Numbered from the stretch's first letter, positions 23,817 through 37,988 are shown. The stretch: DNA of 64,000 nucleotides from Octopus sinensis (GCF_006345805.1 NC_043016.1:22568001-22632000); one strand, 5' to 3'. Numbers and translations are program-made. Notes: a model not told the origin generated them from the letters alone.

Positions 23817-23848
<32 letters not shown>

Positions 23849-24642
23849 GTCGAATATGAATGGGATAAATAAATAGATACAGGTGGCTAGTCACGTCCAG
23901 ATGGACGATCACTTTTGATTTCAGCTCTGCTTAAATACGACTGACTGACTCGTAGTTAAACAATAATAATAACAATCACATTAACAGGTAACACGTACGA
24001 ATATTGTATGCAAAAAAAGGTAAAAAAAAGAAAAGAAAAAAAAAGAAAAAAAACTTTCTGAAATTGGAGTTCATAAAGTAAGAAAAAGAAAAGTAAGAAC
24101 AGTGCAGAAAAGAAAACGGTAATTGCCGTGCAACCATTCTGAAGAAGAAAGAAAGCAGCTTACGGTAACGCATCTGGGTAAGTAAATCATGGAATTATGT
24201 GCAATTACAGATTTTAAATAGCTTGTTTAATAATTCATATCTCCAAAAAAAAAAAAAAAAGTATTGAAAATTAAATATAATTTTTTTTTTTGTTCACTCA
24301 TACGTATGTTTCTTTGGGATTTCTCTTAAGGTTTTTTTCTTTGCAGAATTCAAACTGGTCCCTATCAAAGTGACAATGATCTTTTGTTTAAATCAAGTCA
24401 GCTCTGTGGTTACCTGAAGCTGTTGATGTATGCATATGGTGTGTGTATGTGTGTGCATACAAACTTACACTCAGGGGTGTGCATGACACAATTCCAACAC
24501 AAGTGTGTTGTTTACTGCTTATGTGCGAGTGTATGTGTATTCCTTATGCTTATGTAGTCGCGAACAGATGCTCACTCAGGGACCTCAACTATAGTATCGC
24601 AGAATTTTATTTTACAAGTTTTCAGTTCCTCTAATTGTTAAA

Positions 24643-25115
24643 TGTATGTATGTATGTATGTATGTATGTATGTATGTATGTATGTATGTATGTATGTATG
24701 TATGTATGTATGTATGTATGTATGTATGCATGCATGTATGTATGTATGTATGTATGTATGCATGTATGTATGTATGTATGTATGTATGTATGCATGTATG
24801 TATGTAGGTATGTATGTATGCATGCGTGCATGCATGCACGCATGCATGCATGCATATATGCCTACATGTATGAATATATGTATGTAAGTATATGTATATA
24901 TGCATGTATGTATGCCTGCATGCATGTATATTTGTGTATGTATATATGTATCTGTCTATGTATGCTTATATGTAAATATGCATGTGTGTGTCTATATGTA
25001 TTGTATGTATGCCTTCATGTATGTATGTATGTATGTATGTATGTATGTATGTATGTATGTATGTATGTATGTGTGTGTGTATGTATGTATGTGTATATAT
25101 GTATGTGTGTATGTA
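24643..25115. repeat. (ATGT)n microsatellite tract
   Basis: Direct reading of the sequence. Confidence 0.95.
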
Positions 25116-25119
25116 TGTC

Positions 25120-25290
25120 CTTATACTTTTTTGGTTTATGTGGAGGTCGTTCTCCTTTAGCTAACTCTCCATAAAAGAGTTGTTTGGCATCCTTGAATCC
25201 TTCATCCTGACCAGATGACCACTCCATCTGACCCTTTGCTTTAACACAAGAGCTTCTATACTTTCACACCGAGAGCCTTCCAATATTTCA
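25120..25290 (-). pseudogene. RTE-clade LINE ORF C-terminal fragment (inverted half)
   Basis: [26 protein letters not shown] followed, after a frameshift, by [23 protein letters not shown]. Confidence 0.8.
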
Positions 25291-25369
25291 AGATCATACA
25301 TACATACATACATACATACATACATACATACATACATACATACATACATACATACATGAAGGCATACAT

Positions 25370-25538
25370 ACATGTAAACCAAAAACAGAGGTATAAGGAC
25401 TTGCTGAAGGCTTCCTTAAGAGATGCTTGCATCTCTCCTGACACATGGGAAGGCATAGCTATTGATCGTAGCAGGTGGAGAAGGATTGTGCACGAGGGGA
25501 CAGCCACTTTTGAGAAATCTCGAATTGCACATGAGAAA

Positions 25539-25540
<2 letters not shown>
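25370..25540 (+). pseudogene. RTE-clade LINE extreme C-terminal fragment
   Basis: [40 protein letters not shown]. Confidence 0.8.
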
Positions 25541-25571
<31 letters not shown>

Positions 25572-25572
<1 letters not shown>

Positions 25573-26836
25573 GAGGTCTGATCAATAAGTATCCAGACTG
25601 GTGTTATAAAAACAAAACTAAAACACGTATCAATTTGGCAATTAATCTCTTTCAAAGTAGTCCCCTTCGGAAGACTCGCACTTAATCCAGCGCTGTTTCC
25701 ATTGATGGAAGCATTCCAGGAACTCGTTTTCTGGGATAATCAACAACTGCCTCGTCGCATTCACTTTAATTTCCACGACGTCCTGAAATCTTCTTCCTTT
25801 CAAGCGGGATTTGATTTTCGGTAAGAGGAAAAACTCGCAAGGTTTGAGATCTGAGGAATACGGTGGCTGCCGGACTTGGGGAATGCTGTATCTAGCCAAA
25901 AACCGCTGCACAACCTGCGCTGAATAGACAGGTGCGTTGTCATGGTGCAATTGCCACTCACCGGACGCATGCAATTATGGCCTATTCTGACGAACAGCAT
26001 CCCGCAAATGCCGCAAAGCGTCACGGTAGTACGCCTTGTTTACTGTCTGACCAGGTGGAGCATAGTCATAATGAACATTCGCCTTGTAGTCGAAGAAAAC
26101 GGTCAACAGTTCGTGCTTTCTTCGGTCTCGGAGAGGTTGGAGTCTTCCACTGCGAAGACTGAACCTTTGTTTCGGCGTCATAGCCATAGACACATGATTC
26201 ATCACCCGTTATGACCGTTTTCAAACAGTTTTCATCGTTCTCGACACAATCAAGATCTTGTACAACTGAAACCCAAGCCCAAGTGTCTTTTTGGTCTGCT
26301 GAAAGCAGTTTTGGTACAAGCTTGGCAGATACGTGTTTCATACTCAAATCTTCAGTGATAATGGACTGAACTGAACCGTAACTAAACTGCACATCCTCTG
26401 ATAACTCACGGATGCTGATTCGATGATTTCTCCTCACAGCTGCACGCTCATCTGCGATGTTTTTCTCAGTTCTGTTGGTTGCGGGTCTCCTAGAACGTTC
26501 GACACTATCGACATTTTTTTCGGCCGTCTTGAAAACATCTTAACACTTGTGCTCGGCCCATATACGTTCTGATACTTTGTATAGGCCTCTGAGCAGGTAT
26601 CGCCAAGCTTTTGGCAAAATTTAATGCAGATTCTCTGCTCAGCTTTCTCTGATAACTACATGCTACACACGTTCCTTCTAGGCACTACTGTAAAGAAGCA
26701 GAAGTGAGCTAGAACGTTAAAAGTTAATGCGTATACACAGCAGAGTTCAAAGTCATTTGTGCCGAGTGGTTTCATTCTTCGTGCTTTAGCTTCGTTACTA
26801 TGACAAAAAAATCCGGATACTTATTGATCAGACCAC
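25572..26836 (-). mobile_element. Full-length mariner element with a disrupted DD34D-type transposase
   Basis: Terminal inverted repeats ggtctgatcaataagtatcc.ga at both ends, flanked by TA. Motifs LVPKLL, TGDESCVYGYD, HHDNAP and PPYSSDLKPCEFFL lie in shifted frames. Confidence 0.92.
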
Positions 26837-26920
26837 TATGTGCGCATACATACATACATACCATACATACATACATATATATATATTATATAATATATAT
26901 AATATATATATAATATAATA

Positions 26921-26963
<43 letters not shown>

Positions 26964-27295
26964 GGTATATATGTTCATCATGCATAAATATATAAAGTGT
27001 ATGTATATATGATACCCTTAAAAAATCCTTTAAAATGTTTCAGCCAGCCCGAAGGCTGCGGCCATGCTGGGGCATATAAATGTAGTAAACAAACTGGGCC
27101 CGAGCGTGTGTGGTGTAGCTATCTGTCTGTCCATCCATCCATCCATATATTTTATTTTTCCTGAGTTCCAACTTAGTGTCTAAAAATAAAAATGTAATCC
27201 ATCACATATAAAAATGGGTGACCGTTTTTGCTATCAGGCTTTGTATTATTGGTGTACTCAAGCCGGAATGATCTTAGCTAACAACAACAATAAAA

Positions 27296-27514
27296 ATAAT
27301 CCTTTCTACTATAGGTACAAGGCCTGAAATTTGGTGGGAGGGGGAAAGTCGATTACATCGACCCCAGTATTTCACTTGTACTTAATTCATCGACCCCGAA
27401 AGGATGAAAAGCAAAGTCGGCCTCGGCGGAATTTCAACTCAGAATGAAAAGATGGGCGAAATACTGCTAAGCATTTCGCCCGGCGGCGCTAACGATTCTG
27501 CCAGCTCACCACCT
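27296..27514 (-). mobile_element. SINE family B, near full length, (ATT)n tail
   Basis: Head gagctggcagaatcgttagc, B-box-like gagttgaaattcc, core gcttttcatcctttcggggtcgat, tail agaaaggattatt. Confidence 0.82.
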
Positions 27515-27780
27515 TAATAATAATAATAATATAATAATAAAATAATGATAATAATATAATTAATAATAATAATAATAATATGATAATTAAAATATAATAA
27601 TAATAATAAATAATAATAATAAATAATAATATAATATAATATAATAATAATAATAAAATATAATATATAATAATAAATAATAATAATAATAATATAATAA
27701 TAAATAATAATAATAATAATAATAATATATAATAATATAATAATAATAATAATAATAATATAATAATAATAATAATATTA
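27515..27780. repeat. Degenerate (AAT)n tract
   Basis: Direct reading of the sequence. Confidence 0.95.
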
Positions 27781-27794
27781 TAAAAGATCAGACA

Positions 27795-28110
27795 GATATT
27801 ATTATAAAAGATCAGACAAAAAGGATGTGTTTATTAATTGACATGAGATTTCCCTGTGATCACGATATAGCGGCGAAAGAATTTGACAAGATTAGTAAAT
27901 ATAAAGACCTGCTAATAAAATCGAAAAAATGTGGCATCTCAAGGCGACTACAGTACCAGTGATTGTAGGATCTCTAGGAATGATAAAAAAAAGGTACTGA
28001 AACCTATTTGAAAATGATTCCAGGCTTACCATCCCTACAAGAAGTGCAAAAAATCGTATTAACTGGAACGGCTCATTTACTGAGAAGAGCATTATCGCTG
28101 TGAAAACAAC
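27795..28110 (+). pseudogene. R4-clade LINE 3' fragment: restriction-like endonuclease domain
   Basis: Manual translation with frameshifts: DIIIKDQTKRMCLLIDMRFPCD...KEFDKISKYKDL...EKMWHLKATTVPVIVGSLG...LQEVQKIVLTGTAHLLRRAL*. Confidence 0.75.
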
Positions 28111-28280
28111 ATCCATCCATGAATTTATTTATTTATTAATTTTTAAATACATATTTTATCTGTGAATTTGCATGTGTAATCTGGGATTGCATACATTGAG
28201 CTTCTCTACCCTAGGTGTATGGAAAACACCCGGCGAGAAACGGAAGAAATTTGAAGAAAAAGAAAGAAGGAAAAAAAAAC

Positions 28281-28312
<32 letters not shown>

Positions 28313-29572
28313 AATAAGCGGTACAATCATTTGTACGATGTGGAAAATATACCGCCAACTTTGCCCAAACGACCTAAACATTAGCTTCAAGGTTCATCCA
28401 AGACTTGGACCACGGCTATACGTCCCCTGCCAATTCAAGATCACAACATACATGTACACTGCAACATAATTTCTTTTCCTCAACAGGCCCTGCCCTATTT
28501 AACATTGTCCGAGGGAGATCAAAGAGGAAAAGGATCCCATCAACTGGATAGATTCCTTCAAATACTTGAACAAAACTTGACTTAAACAGGATTCGAATAA
28601 TCCTATCAGGTGGTGCTATTAAGTTAGACATGGCCTGGACCAATCTCTGGTCGAAACATATCTAAGTGTATCTAAGTTTAATAATAATAATAATAACAGC
28701 AGCAGCAGCCACCGCAAAAACAACAACGACAAGAAAATTACTTTGATTTTATGGATTATGGCTTGGTCGCACATAATCTCAACCAGCAGACCGTTTCATC
28801 TCTCTTTGCTTTTCCCACTAAATTTTGTGTAAAGAAGACTGATACCATATCAGTAATGTCTTGTACTGTGGTTGTTGTTTCAAATCGATGGCAGAACAAG
28901 TTCACATCTTTCAGCTGATCACCAACGGTATCTGCATGCCTAGACGCAACAGCTGACCACAATTAGAAACGGTTAATTGATCTAGCTGGTTGGTAAACAT
29001 TTGCGTTAATGCTTTGATCTCCACATTAATGACAACATCCACCGCTATGTCATTTATCCAGGTCTAAATGGTGTCGATCGAAACTAAGCTATTGATAGTT
29101 TTGACTTGTTTCGTCACGCCTGTTTTGTACAATGAAAGGTACAGCCAATATACCTTAAAAGATGTACATTGGACATTGTAAAATCAGGATTGATCGCTCC
29201 CACACCAAGAAAATGTTAGATGTTAAAACATCAAAATTGTTTTTTTATTGATTTAAATGTGAATTACAACAGTAGGTTTTAGAGCGATTTTTCTATGTGG
29301 GTAATAAAGTATATCAACCCGTAGAATGTGTACACAGTGATAATGTATAATTTTTCTATTTACTTTCAAATAATGGAAATGTACTTCAAATCGTCCATTA
29401 TCATTTATAAATATATTTAAAATGCACATATCTTATTTTGAAACGACACCAAAAACAAAAACAAAAAAAAAAAAAAAAACAAGCACTCTTTGATTTTTGA
29501 AAGCGGGGAGAAAACCTAGTTACAAACACTTTTTTCAACACACATACGGACTCACACACTTTGTAATTATAA

Positions 29573-29947
29573 TCTCTCTATATATAAACGGCAGTTTGTC
29601 TGTGTGTGTGTCTGTCACGTTGTACCCTCACCCTGACCACGGCTTTCAACCGATTCTGATGAAACTTGACACACTCATAGCCCAATGTCATAATTCAAAA
29701 CTAACGCAGAGCGAAAATTTTGAAAAGTTCCCCTAGTTCTGAGAAAAATCGATAAATTCGACGGGGTCGAGAATCAGAAACACAAACCACAGACTGTCTA
29801 GGGGACGCACTCGACCTTTTAAAAACTCTCAAAAAATTTACCATAATTTTTTTTCCATTTTTGCTATTTTTTGGCTATAACTCTAAACTAAAATGCTTTA
29901 TAGTTATTTCCCTTACAAACCCGAGCAACGCCGGGCGATACTGCTAG
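29573..29947 (+). mobile_element. Non-autonomous Helitron-like element
   Basis: 5' TC, 3' CTAG preceded by the hairpin cccgagcaacgccggg, inserted between A and T. Confidence 0.7.
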
Positions 29948-30205
29948 TAATTATTAAATGTTTTCTTTTTTTAAAATCAAATATTAATTTATTAAAATAT
30001 GTAAGATAATTAAAAAAATTATTTCAATTTAACAACATTTTATATAAATTTAATGTCTTGTTAACAATAACCATCGACAGACCTCAATGTTGATTTATGT
30101 TCTAAAAGCATGCTTGTTATTTTGTCCTTTGAAAACAAGGTAGCAAATAATATAATTATGATGCATATTTTCAAATCATTTCGTTGTTTTAATTTTATAT
30201 CTAAA

Positions 30206-30589
30206 CTAGCAGTATCGCCCGGCGTTGCTCGTGTTTGTAAGGGAAATAACTATATAAGCATTTTTAGAGTTATAGCCAAAAAAATAGCAAAAAATGCAAA
30301 AAAATTATGGTGAATTTAAAAAAAAATCGTTGACTCATCGTAGACATTTTTAGAGAGTTACTTCCCTTATATAATAGCGAAAAAATGCATTAAAATGGAA
30401 AAAAATGATGGTAAATTATTTTAAAAATCGTAGACTCATCGTAGATGCGCGCTAATACCCAGACGGGCTCGATATGAATCACGACTATAAGATACCCGGT
30501 TTTGGTTAAACTGCACCGCAAAATGTGGGAGTAGTTAGGAATCTAAATCGTAGGAGACAGACACACAACTTCACTTTTATATATAAAGA
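30206..30589 (-). mobile_element. Non-autonomous Helitron-like element, inverted relative to the previous one
   Basis: Minus strand begins TCtttatatataaaag and ends ...gagcaacgccgggcgatactgCTAG, in an A/T context. Shares about 130 bp of 3' end with 29573-29947. Confidence 0.7.
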
Positions 30590-32019
30590 TTTTTTGCATA
30601 TTTCTATCTATAATGTATTGTATAATAAATATTATATTAAAACATCAGATATATCTGTGCTGTAGTTACTAAAAGTGCGACTAATTTTCAACTGAGAGCA
30701 CGATAGCAATATGAAATGGAGTACTTGTTCAAGGATACTTGCATCGTCTAGTCTGGGAATCAAATCCACGGGCTTATAATTGTGAGTTCAACAACCTAAA
30801 CAATAGACCACATGCTTTCGTGTTAAAACATTTTGTCTGGATACAGATTGGTTGCAGTAAGATAGAAGGAATGTAGGCCTGATTCAGCTTGACGGCAATT
30901 ATATAACAATAAATTATTTTAGTACACAACCCCATATACGAAAACACTTATCTCTGGCATACAACCTCATTTGTATATCAAAGCGAGAACGCACACACTG
31001 TTGTATACCAACTTCGTTTATACGAAAACACTTTAGTATACCAAAACTTATTTTCAAAGCAAATTCGATGTAAAGCAAAATGAATTAACATCAGCTGAAG
31101 AATTCTACTTATGGCTTCGTGAATTACTCTCAATTCCTTGTATTTCTGGTGCAGTGCGGAATGAAGCGCACAAACGATATCTACCCAAGTACCGGCGTGT
31201 ATCTATTTTTAGTTGTCTTTAGGGCATGTTTTTTTTTTATTTACTTGAGACCCATTCTGTTTCGTGAAGCGTAATGGTTTATTTAATATCAAAGCAATTG
31301 GAAGTGTAAAATTGGGTATCTCGTTGCTGCGTCACTGATATTACCCCAATCAAATGTAGTTTTTCATTTTTAACCTACTAATTTAATTACTCCGAGTTTG
31401 GAAATAACTAGCAAAGAAACTCCCTGGTTATCTCTTGGTTTAGTTTAGGTGTCAGAGGCATATATAGACTGTCACTGTCGAATTGTTTTTTCTGTCTCAT
31501 AACTTATACACTAGGTAAAAAAAAAAGATTGGCAAAAAAAAACCCGAGCAAAAACAAAAGAAAGCAAAAAAAAAAAAAAAAAAAAAAATCAACCACACAT
31601 CTACATATACCTTAAAATGAAATTTGCTATATTAAAAACGAAAATGTTAAACTTAGCAATAGTTACGTAGTACTAAAATCACATGGGAAGCCTCTACGCA
31701 ACAACAAAACAAAGGTTATCGTTGAACAATTAAGATCAAAAAGGAATAAAGTAAGCTTGGGAGAATACACAGGCAAATTTTGATTGGTATTAGCAATCAA
31801 AATTCCTTTAAAGTAATCTTGTTCAATTAATGTCATGAGTATTTACAATCATGTTACACAATCTGACATTCGTTTAGTAGAGACTGATTTCTTAAAATAG
31901 GTCAGTACAAGATAACTCTTATTCCCATTTGTGGGTGGTTTTAGATTTTAGATTTTAATCACTCAAACTGCAGGAACAAAAAAAAAAAAAAAGAACCAGA
32001 AGAAAAATGAAATAAAATA

Positions 32020-32225
32020 ATGGCTTCTGAGACAAGGACCGTCACGGCTTCAATGTGACGACTGTATGACCAATGATTCAGTCCACCGCCCGCTCTTAAC
32101 TTTATAGATTCCAAAAGATGAAAGGCAAAATTAACATCGGTGGGGTTCGAACTCAGAGCACAGAAACTCGAAGCAAATATTACTGTACATTCTATCCGAC
32201 GCTCTAACAATTCTGCTAATCTGCT
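32020..32225 (-). mobile_element. SINE family B, diverged
   Basis: gatgaaaggcaaa...gaactcagagc...ctaacaattctgctaa matches the family head and core. Confidence 0.55.
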
Positions 32226-32511
32226 GTCTGAATTAACGACCTGAAAACGCTGAAGCTGAGCATTAGCCGCATCAATCTGTGGCGGACTTAATTTGTGGCT
32301 CGGTTTGCCCCCCCACCCACCTCCACCCCGATACTAATACACCCATCACCACCACCACTAACAACAACAACAACAACAACATTACTATTACCGCTGCCAA
32401 CACCACTATTGCCGCCACTATCTGACCTTTGGATGTCTTTGGCAGAGTCCATTGTACAGTAGACACAATTCTTATAACCTAAGAATATCTTGATATCTTG
32501 ATACGTTATTT

Positions 32512-32668
32512 TCTTATTTCTTTATTGCCCACAAGGGGCTAAACATAGAGGAGACAAACAAGGACAGACAAAGGGATTAAGTCGAATAGATCGACCCCAA
32601 TGTGTAACTGGTACTTAATTTATCGACCCCGAAAGGATGAAAGGCAAAGTCGACCTCGGCGGAATTTA
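32512..32668 (-). mobile_element. SINE family B variant, 3' part
   Basis: ggtacttaatttatcgaccccgaaaggatgaaaggcaaagtcgacctcggcggaattt. Confidence 0.75.
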
Positions 32669-33474
32669 CTTTCTACTACAGCATGTCATGAGTCGTGGTT
32701 TGTACCCCACCACTGCCCCGACCGCCAATTTCGGGAGTCCATGCAAAGGTCCTTTTCTTCTGACTGAGACATGATTATCTCCCTATCCTCTTTCCTCTAC
32801 TGGTTGATAACAAAATATATTTAATCTTGGGATTATATCAATTTATCAAAGGGAAGATAAATAAATTTTATTATACTTAATGATTAATTTGCTATTTATT
32901 TCATCAATAGTTATTCAAATTTGTTGGCTAACTATTGTTAATAAAAATAATATTGTCAAAGTGTTGGTGGCGGTGGATTGTAGAATCGATGAGGATAAAA
33001 AACAAAATGGCGTGCTTTATTTAATTATGACGTTTCCCATCTGAAATAAAAAACTGACACATCCAACCTTGAGTTTTATCCATCCGAGCTAGACAGAACG
33101 AATACTTGTGAAGTAGTGGTGTTGATTATTAATTGTTCTTCTCCTTATCATATTTGTGGTCTTGTGCCAATGTTAGAAGTAGACATTAATTTTTATGTTT
33201 GCTTGTTTATCTCAGTACAACAACAACAACAACAACAGAAAAATAAAAGAAACATGCAAATGCTAAAAATACAAAGAGAGTGGGCGAGAAAGATGGGAAA
33301 AAAGAAAAAGTAAAATTTTTTTAAATAAAGTAAAAAACAAGAATGAACTTGAAAGTGATAAAAATAGAGAAAGAGCGAGGGAGAAATTTTACTTACATAC
33401 AGACAAAAATGAGAGAAATTTCACACACATACACACAAGAACATAGATAGATAGACAGATAAATAGATAGATAA

Positions 33475-33549
<75 letters not shown>

Positions 33550-33987
33550 GGGAGGGAGGGAGGGATTTCAATACCTCACATGAGAAATATATATATATAT
33601 ACATATATATATACAGAGAGAGAGAGAGACAGATGATGTAATTGACTGTTCTCTTATCCTCAAAATTTTGGGGCAAATGGGCAGAAATTTTGTAGGAAGA
33701 GAATAGCTGATTATATCGATCCAGTGCTTGACTCATTGTTCATTTTATTCATCTCAAGAAAGGAAAGATATTGTTGATTTCGTGGGTACTTGGAACCTAA
33801 GCGGTAAAGAGCTGTAACAAAATACTGGGAGGCATTTTGTCCGAAGCTCCAACGAATCTGTCAGTTACTCGTTGCAAAGCAATGATCGAATCAATAAAGG
33901 CAATGGCTGCTACATGAGTTCAAATACATTTTCAGTGTTTCGAAATATATCCGTGAATAGAAAATTTTCTATTACCATCATATTTAT

Positions 33988-34620
33988 GTTAGTTAGTTAG
34001 TTAGTTAGTTAATTTGGCTCAAAAGCAAATAGCAAGGCCATGTAGGGGACATGGAGTTAAGTACAGGGTGGTGTTCATGTAAAGAGTTCAGGCCACTTGA
34101 GGTCCAGGAGGCTTTGAACAAAGCGGTCGTCGGCATCTTCACCATCTCGTCTGGCAGCTGGTTCCACGGATCCGCAACCCGGACGGAGAAAGCTCCTCTC
34201 CTTCGATTGAGATGAAATCGTCGCAGGTAGAGCTTTTCGGAATGACCCCGCAGCCGACGCTCTGGAGCAGGAGTGAAGAACAGCTCTTTCGAGAGGTTAC
34301 ACTTTCCGCTTATGATGTTGTGGGCGAGAATGAGATCACCACGGCGGCGGCGTTTTTCAAGAGAATAAAGGTCGAGCGTCCTCAGCCTTTCTTCGTAGGA
34401 CAAATTTTTGAGACCATGAACCATGCGGGTAGCCAGCTTCTGGAATCTTTCGAGATGCTGTATGTCTTTGAGGAGATAAGGAGAAGAGGCTTGAATCCCA
34501 TACTCCAATATGGGTTTCACCAGCGTGACATAGAGTGGTAGGAATATGGCTGCTGTGAGCATTCCGAATGACCGTCGAATCAAGAACAGAATATTGTTTT
34601 CATTCACCTAGCTGGGAACG
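33988..34620 (-). mobile_element. 5'-truncated CR1-clade LINE with (CTAA)n tail
   Basis: ORF 34005-34607: LYVTLVKPILEYG...PYLLKDIQHLERFQKLATRM...SYEERLRTLDLYSLEKRRRRGDLI...FSVRVADPWNQLP. Open for about 200 codons, so relatively young. Confidence 0.88.
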
Positions 34621-35726
34621 CGAAGATATCTCAAGGAATGTTTCGCTGAATAGGATACCTGTGAGGAATGGAGCCAGTAAATGAACACCTACATATTCGT
34701 TCGATCTGCTAGAAACAGCAGCTAAAGTTCCTTCAGATCACATAATCATTTACATTATTATCACCATCATCATCAACCCTGGGCATTAATATCTCGAGAC
34801 CTAGAACTCATAACCCGGTTTCCATGAAATATAAGCGACCGAATCTCAACATTCCCTCTGAATGTGACGCCATTCTGTCGCAGGGTTATCTACAGTTGAG
34901 TGGACTGGAGCAATGTGAAATAAAGTGTCTTGCCCAATAACTCAACGTACCGTCCGGTCCGGGAATCGAAACCATGATCTTGTTCACACACCTTCGCTAG
35001 ACCTTACCTTCAAATGACATCCTATCACTTTTTTTCATATCATACGGGTATCGAGGAAGGGCCAGTACATAGAACCTTCACAGGCTCTTCAAGACAAGAA
35101 ATGTTGATGTCATTAATAATTCTCATGAACCATTGCAAGTCAACATCTACTTGAAAGATACGAGCCAAGAGAGAATGAAAGGTTCAGTCGATGTTCTGGG
35201 TAGGAAGAACTGGACACTGTGATTGGGGCTTAGTGCACGGCCTGAACGAGAGTTGACACAAGAGTGATGAAAGGATGACTACCCAAATGGAACACATATA
35301 AGCCAGTCGGCCAACTCTAAGGAACGGGACCATTATAGGAGCTGGAGAAAAGGCACGATTGTGTGAATGCCTGTACGTATGAATGCATGTATGTGTAAAT
35401 GCATGGATGTGTGAATATATCTATGTGTATTTACATGCATGTGTGAATAAGTGTATGTCTAAATGCATATATGTGTGCACATAGTAAAAGGCACTCCAAC
35501 TGAATATCGTTTTCCTTTCTGCATAACACTCTCCACTCAACAAGGGGTGTATGTGTATTTGAGTGTGTGTGTGTGAATACATATATATATGCACACACAC
35601 ACACATACAGACGCAGGTACACATACATATGTTTATATATATATATATATATGCATGTATAAATGTGTGCCTATGTGTGTGTGTGTATATATATATATAT
35701 AATATATATATATATATATTTATATA

Positions 35727-35759
<33 letters not shown>

Positions 35760-36624
35760 ATAATATATATATAAATTTATAAATGAGGGTGAAAAATCGA
35801 TATTAATTTAATAATACCATTAATTTAACACCGAGTGGCTTAGCACATAAAACTAGGGAGAAAATACAAATTTATACATAAATTATTAGAGAGTTACCAC
35901 TATGTGGATAGCTCTAGTTATAAAAATAGCTCCGATAGTATAGCCACAGAAATGATGTTTCCAACTAGAAATAACATTACATTTAACGGAAGGAAAGTGA
36001 AACATAACGAATAAATAGACTGATCCTGAACAATTGTTTCATTACTAATGTAATTTTACTTACATCTATAAATCATCAGCAGAGGTTTGCCTTAAATACA
36101 ATTTATTAGACCAACACGAGCGTCAAAATACACGTGCGGTTTAACCAATTGCATTTTTAGTTATGCCTCAAAATTCCCCGCGAAAAACATGCTAAGACTC
36201 GTTGGAAACGTATGCTGCAAAGGAATTTTATTTAATTCTCTCGCAGGAAGGATTAGTTCGACGAGACGTGTTCTGTCCTCACCTTCGAAACACGCTGGAG
36301 TTGAACTAGGGACAGCTGATGAAGGGGATTTTTCCTTGTGTAGTTGTCTTCTACTCTGTTTTTTCGTTGTTAAAAAAATGGTCCGTTCCAAGCTGTTTTT
36401 ACGTTTTCGTTTCTCGTTGAGTTCTACGTCTATTTGTGGTGTCCTGTACACACGTATATATATTTATATATGCATGTATATATACATGTAGATGTAGGTA
36501 CGTACATATATGTTCGTATGTATGCATATATTTTATTTATTACACTATTGTATGACTGAGCGCCTTCGCATCGATTCGATTCGATTCGTTTGGTTTGGTT
36601 TCGTTTCTTCTTCTCTAAGCTGGT

Positions 36625-36699
<75 letters not shown>

Positions 36700-37414
36700 T
36701 GTGTGTGTATGTGCATGTGTATATGTGTGTATATTACATACATACATGCATACATACACATATAGGCATACACACACATACATACATACATTCATGCATA
36801 CATACATACACACATACATACATACACACATACATACACACATACATACACACATACATACATACATACATACATATATACATACATACACACATACATA
36901 CATACATACATACACACATACATACACACATACACACATACATACATACATACATGTATACAATGTGTGTGTTTGCGTGTATCAAGTTTAAATGACTATA
37001 TAATATGTTTATATAAATAGTGCAGAAAATGAAATAGAAATGGTGCAAGAAGAAGAAGAAGAAGAAGAAAGAAGTCTATTTGTTAAGACAAAACGCTAAC
37101 ATGTCAGCTGCTGGCTACTCAACTTCCTATCTTCGAATATGCATACTCTCGCCTCGCCCTCCATCATACAATACACACACACACACACACACACACACGC
37201 TCGCACACACGCACGCATGCGCACACACACACACACACGCACATCCTTATCTATGGCTCTCCCAGAATGAAATTCGTGTTTTACGATTACTTTCCGACGA
37301 TCGTGTTACCTGTTTTTCACGCGCGTTGATGCCAAGTTTTACAGGCTTTTTTAAAAAGGTTTGCAGTCGTAAATAGTAAATGAGATGTTACTGTCGATGA
37401 TGGCGCTAATGGTA

Positions 37415-37761
37415 ACGATGGCGGTGGTGGTGGTGGTGGTGAAGATGAGGATGATGATGATGATGATGATGATGATGCTGGTGCTGGTGATGATGGTGCT
37501 GGTGATGATGATAATGATGATGATGATGGTGATGATGATAATGATAATGATGATGGTGATGGTGATGACGATGTTGGTGACGAAGGAGGTAGTGACGACG
37601 GCTGTCGCGAAGACGGTGGTAAAAATGCTGCTACTGCAGCAGTGGTGGTGGTAGTTGTGTATCTTGGTGGTGGTGCTGGTTGTTGTGAATCGTGGTGGTG
37701 ATGGTGGTGGTGGTGGTGGTGATGCAGATAGTGATGGTAACGCTGTAAGTAGTAGTGGTGG

Positions 37762-37793
<32 letters not shown>

Positions 37794-37949
37794 TTGGTGG
37801 TGGTAGAGGTGGTAACGGCGGTGGTGGTGGCGGTAACAATGGTGGAGTTGGCGGTAATGGTGGTGGTAACGTTGCTGCTGATGCTGATGCTGATTATGTT
37901 GATAGCAAGATAGTAATAGTAGTAGTAGTAGTAGCAGCAGCAGCAGCAA

Positions 37950-37988
<39 letters not shown>

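Noticed and set aside
28756-29150. BTB/BACK-like coding remnant (LTVSNCGQLLRL; ORF 28756-28962)
   Set aside because: The resemblance is slight, needs a frameshift and includes stops. An HMM search would be needed.
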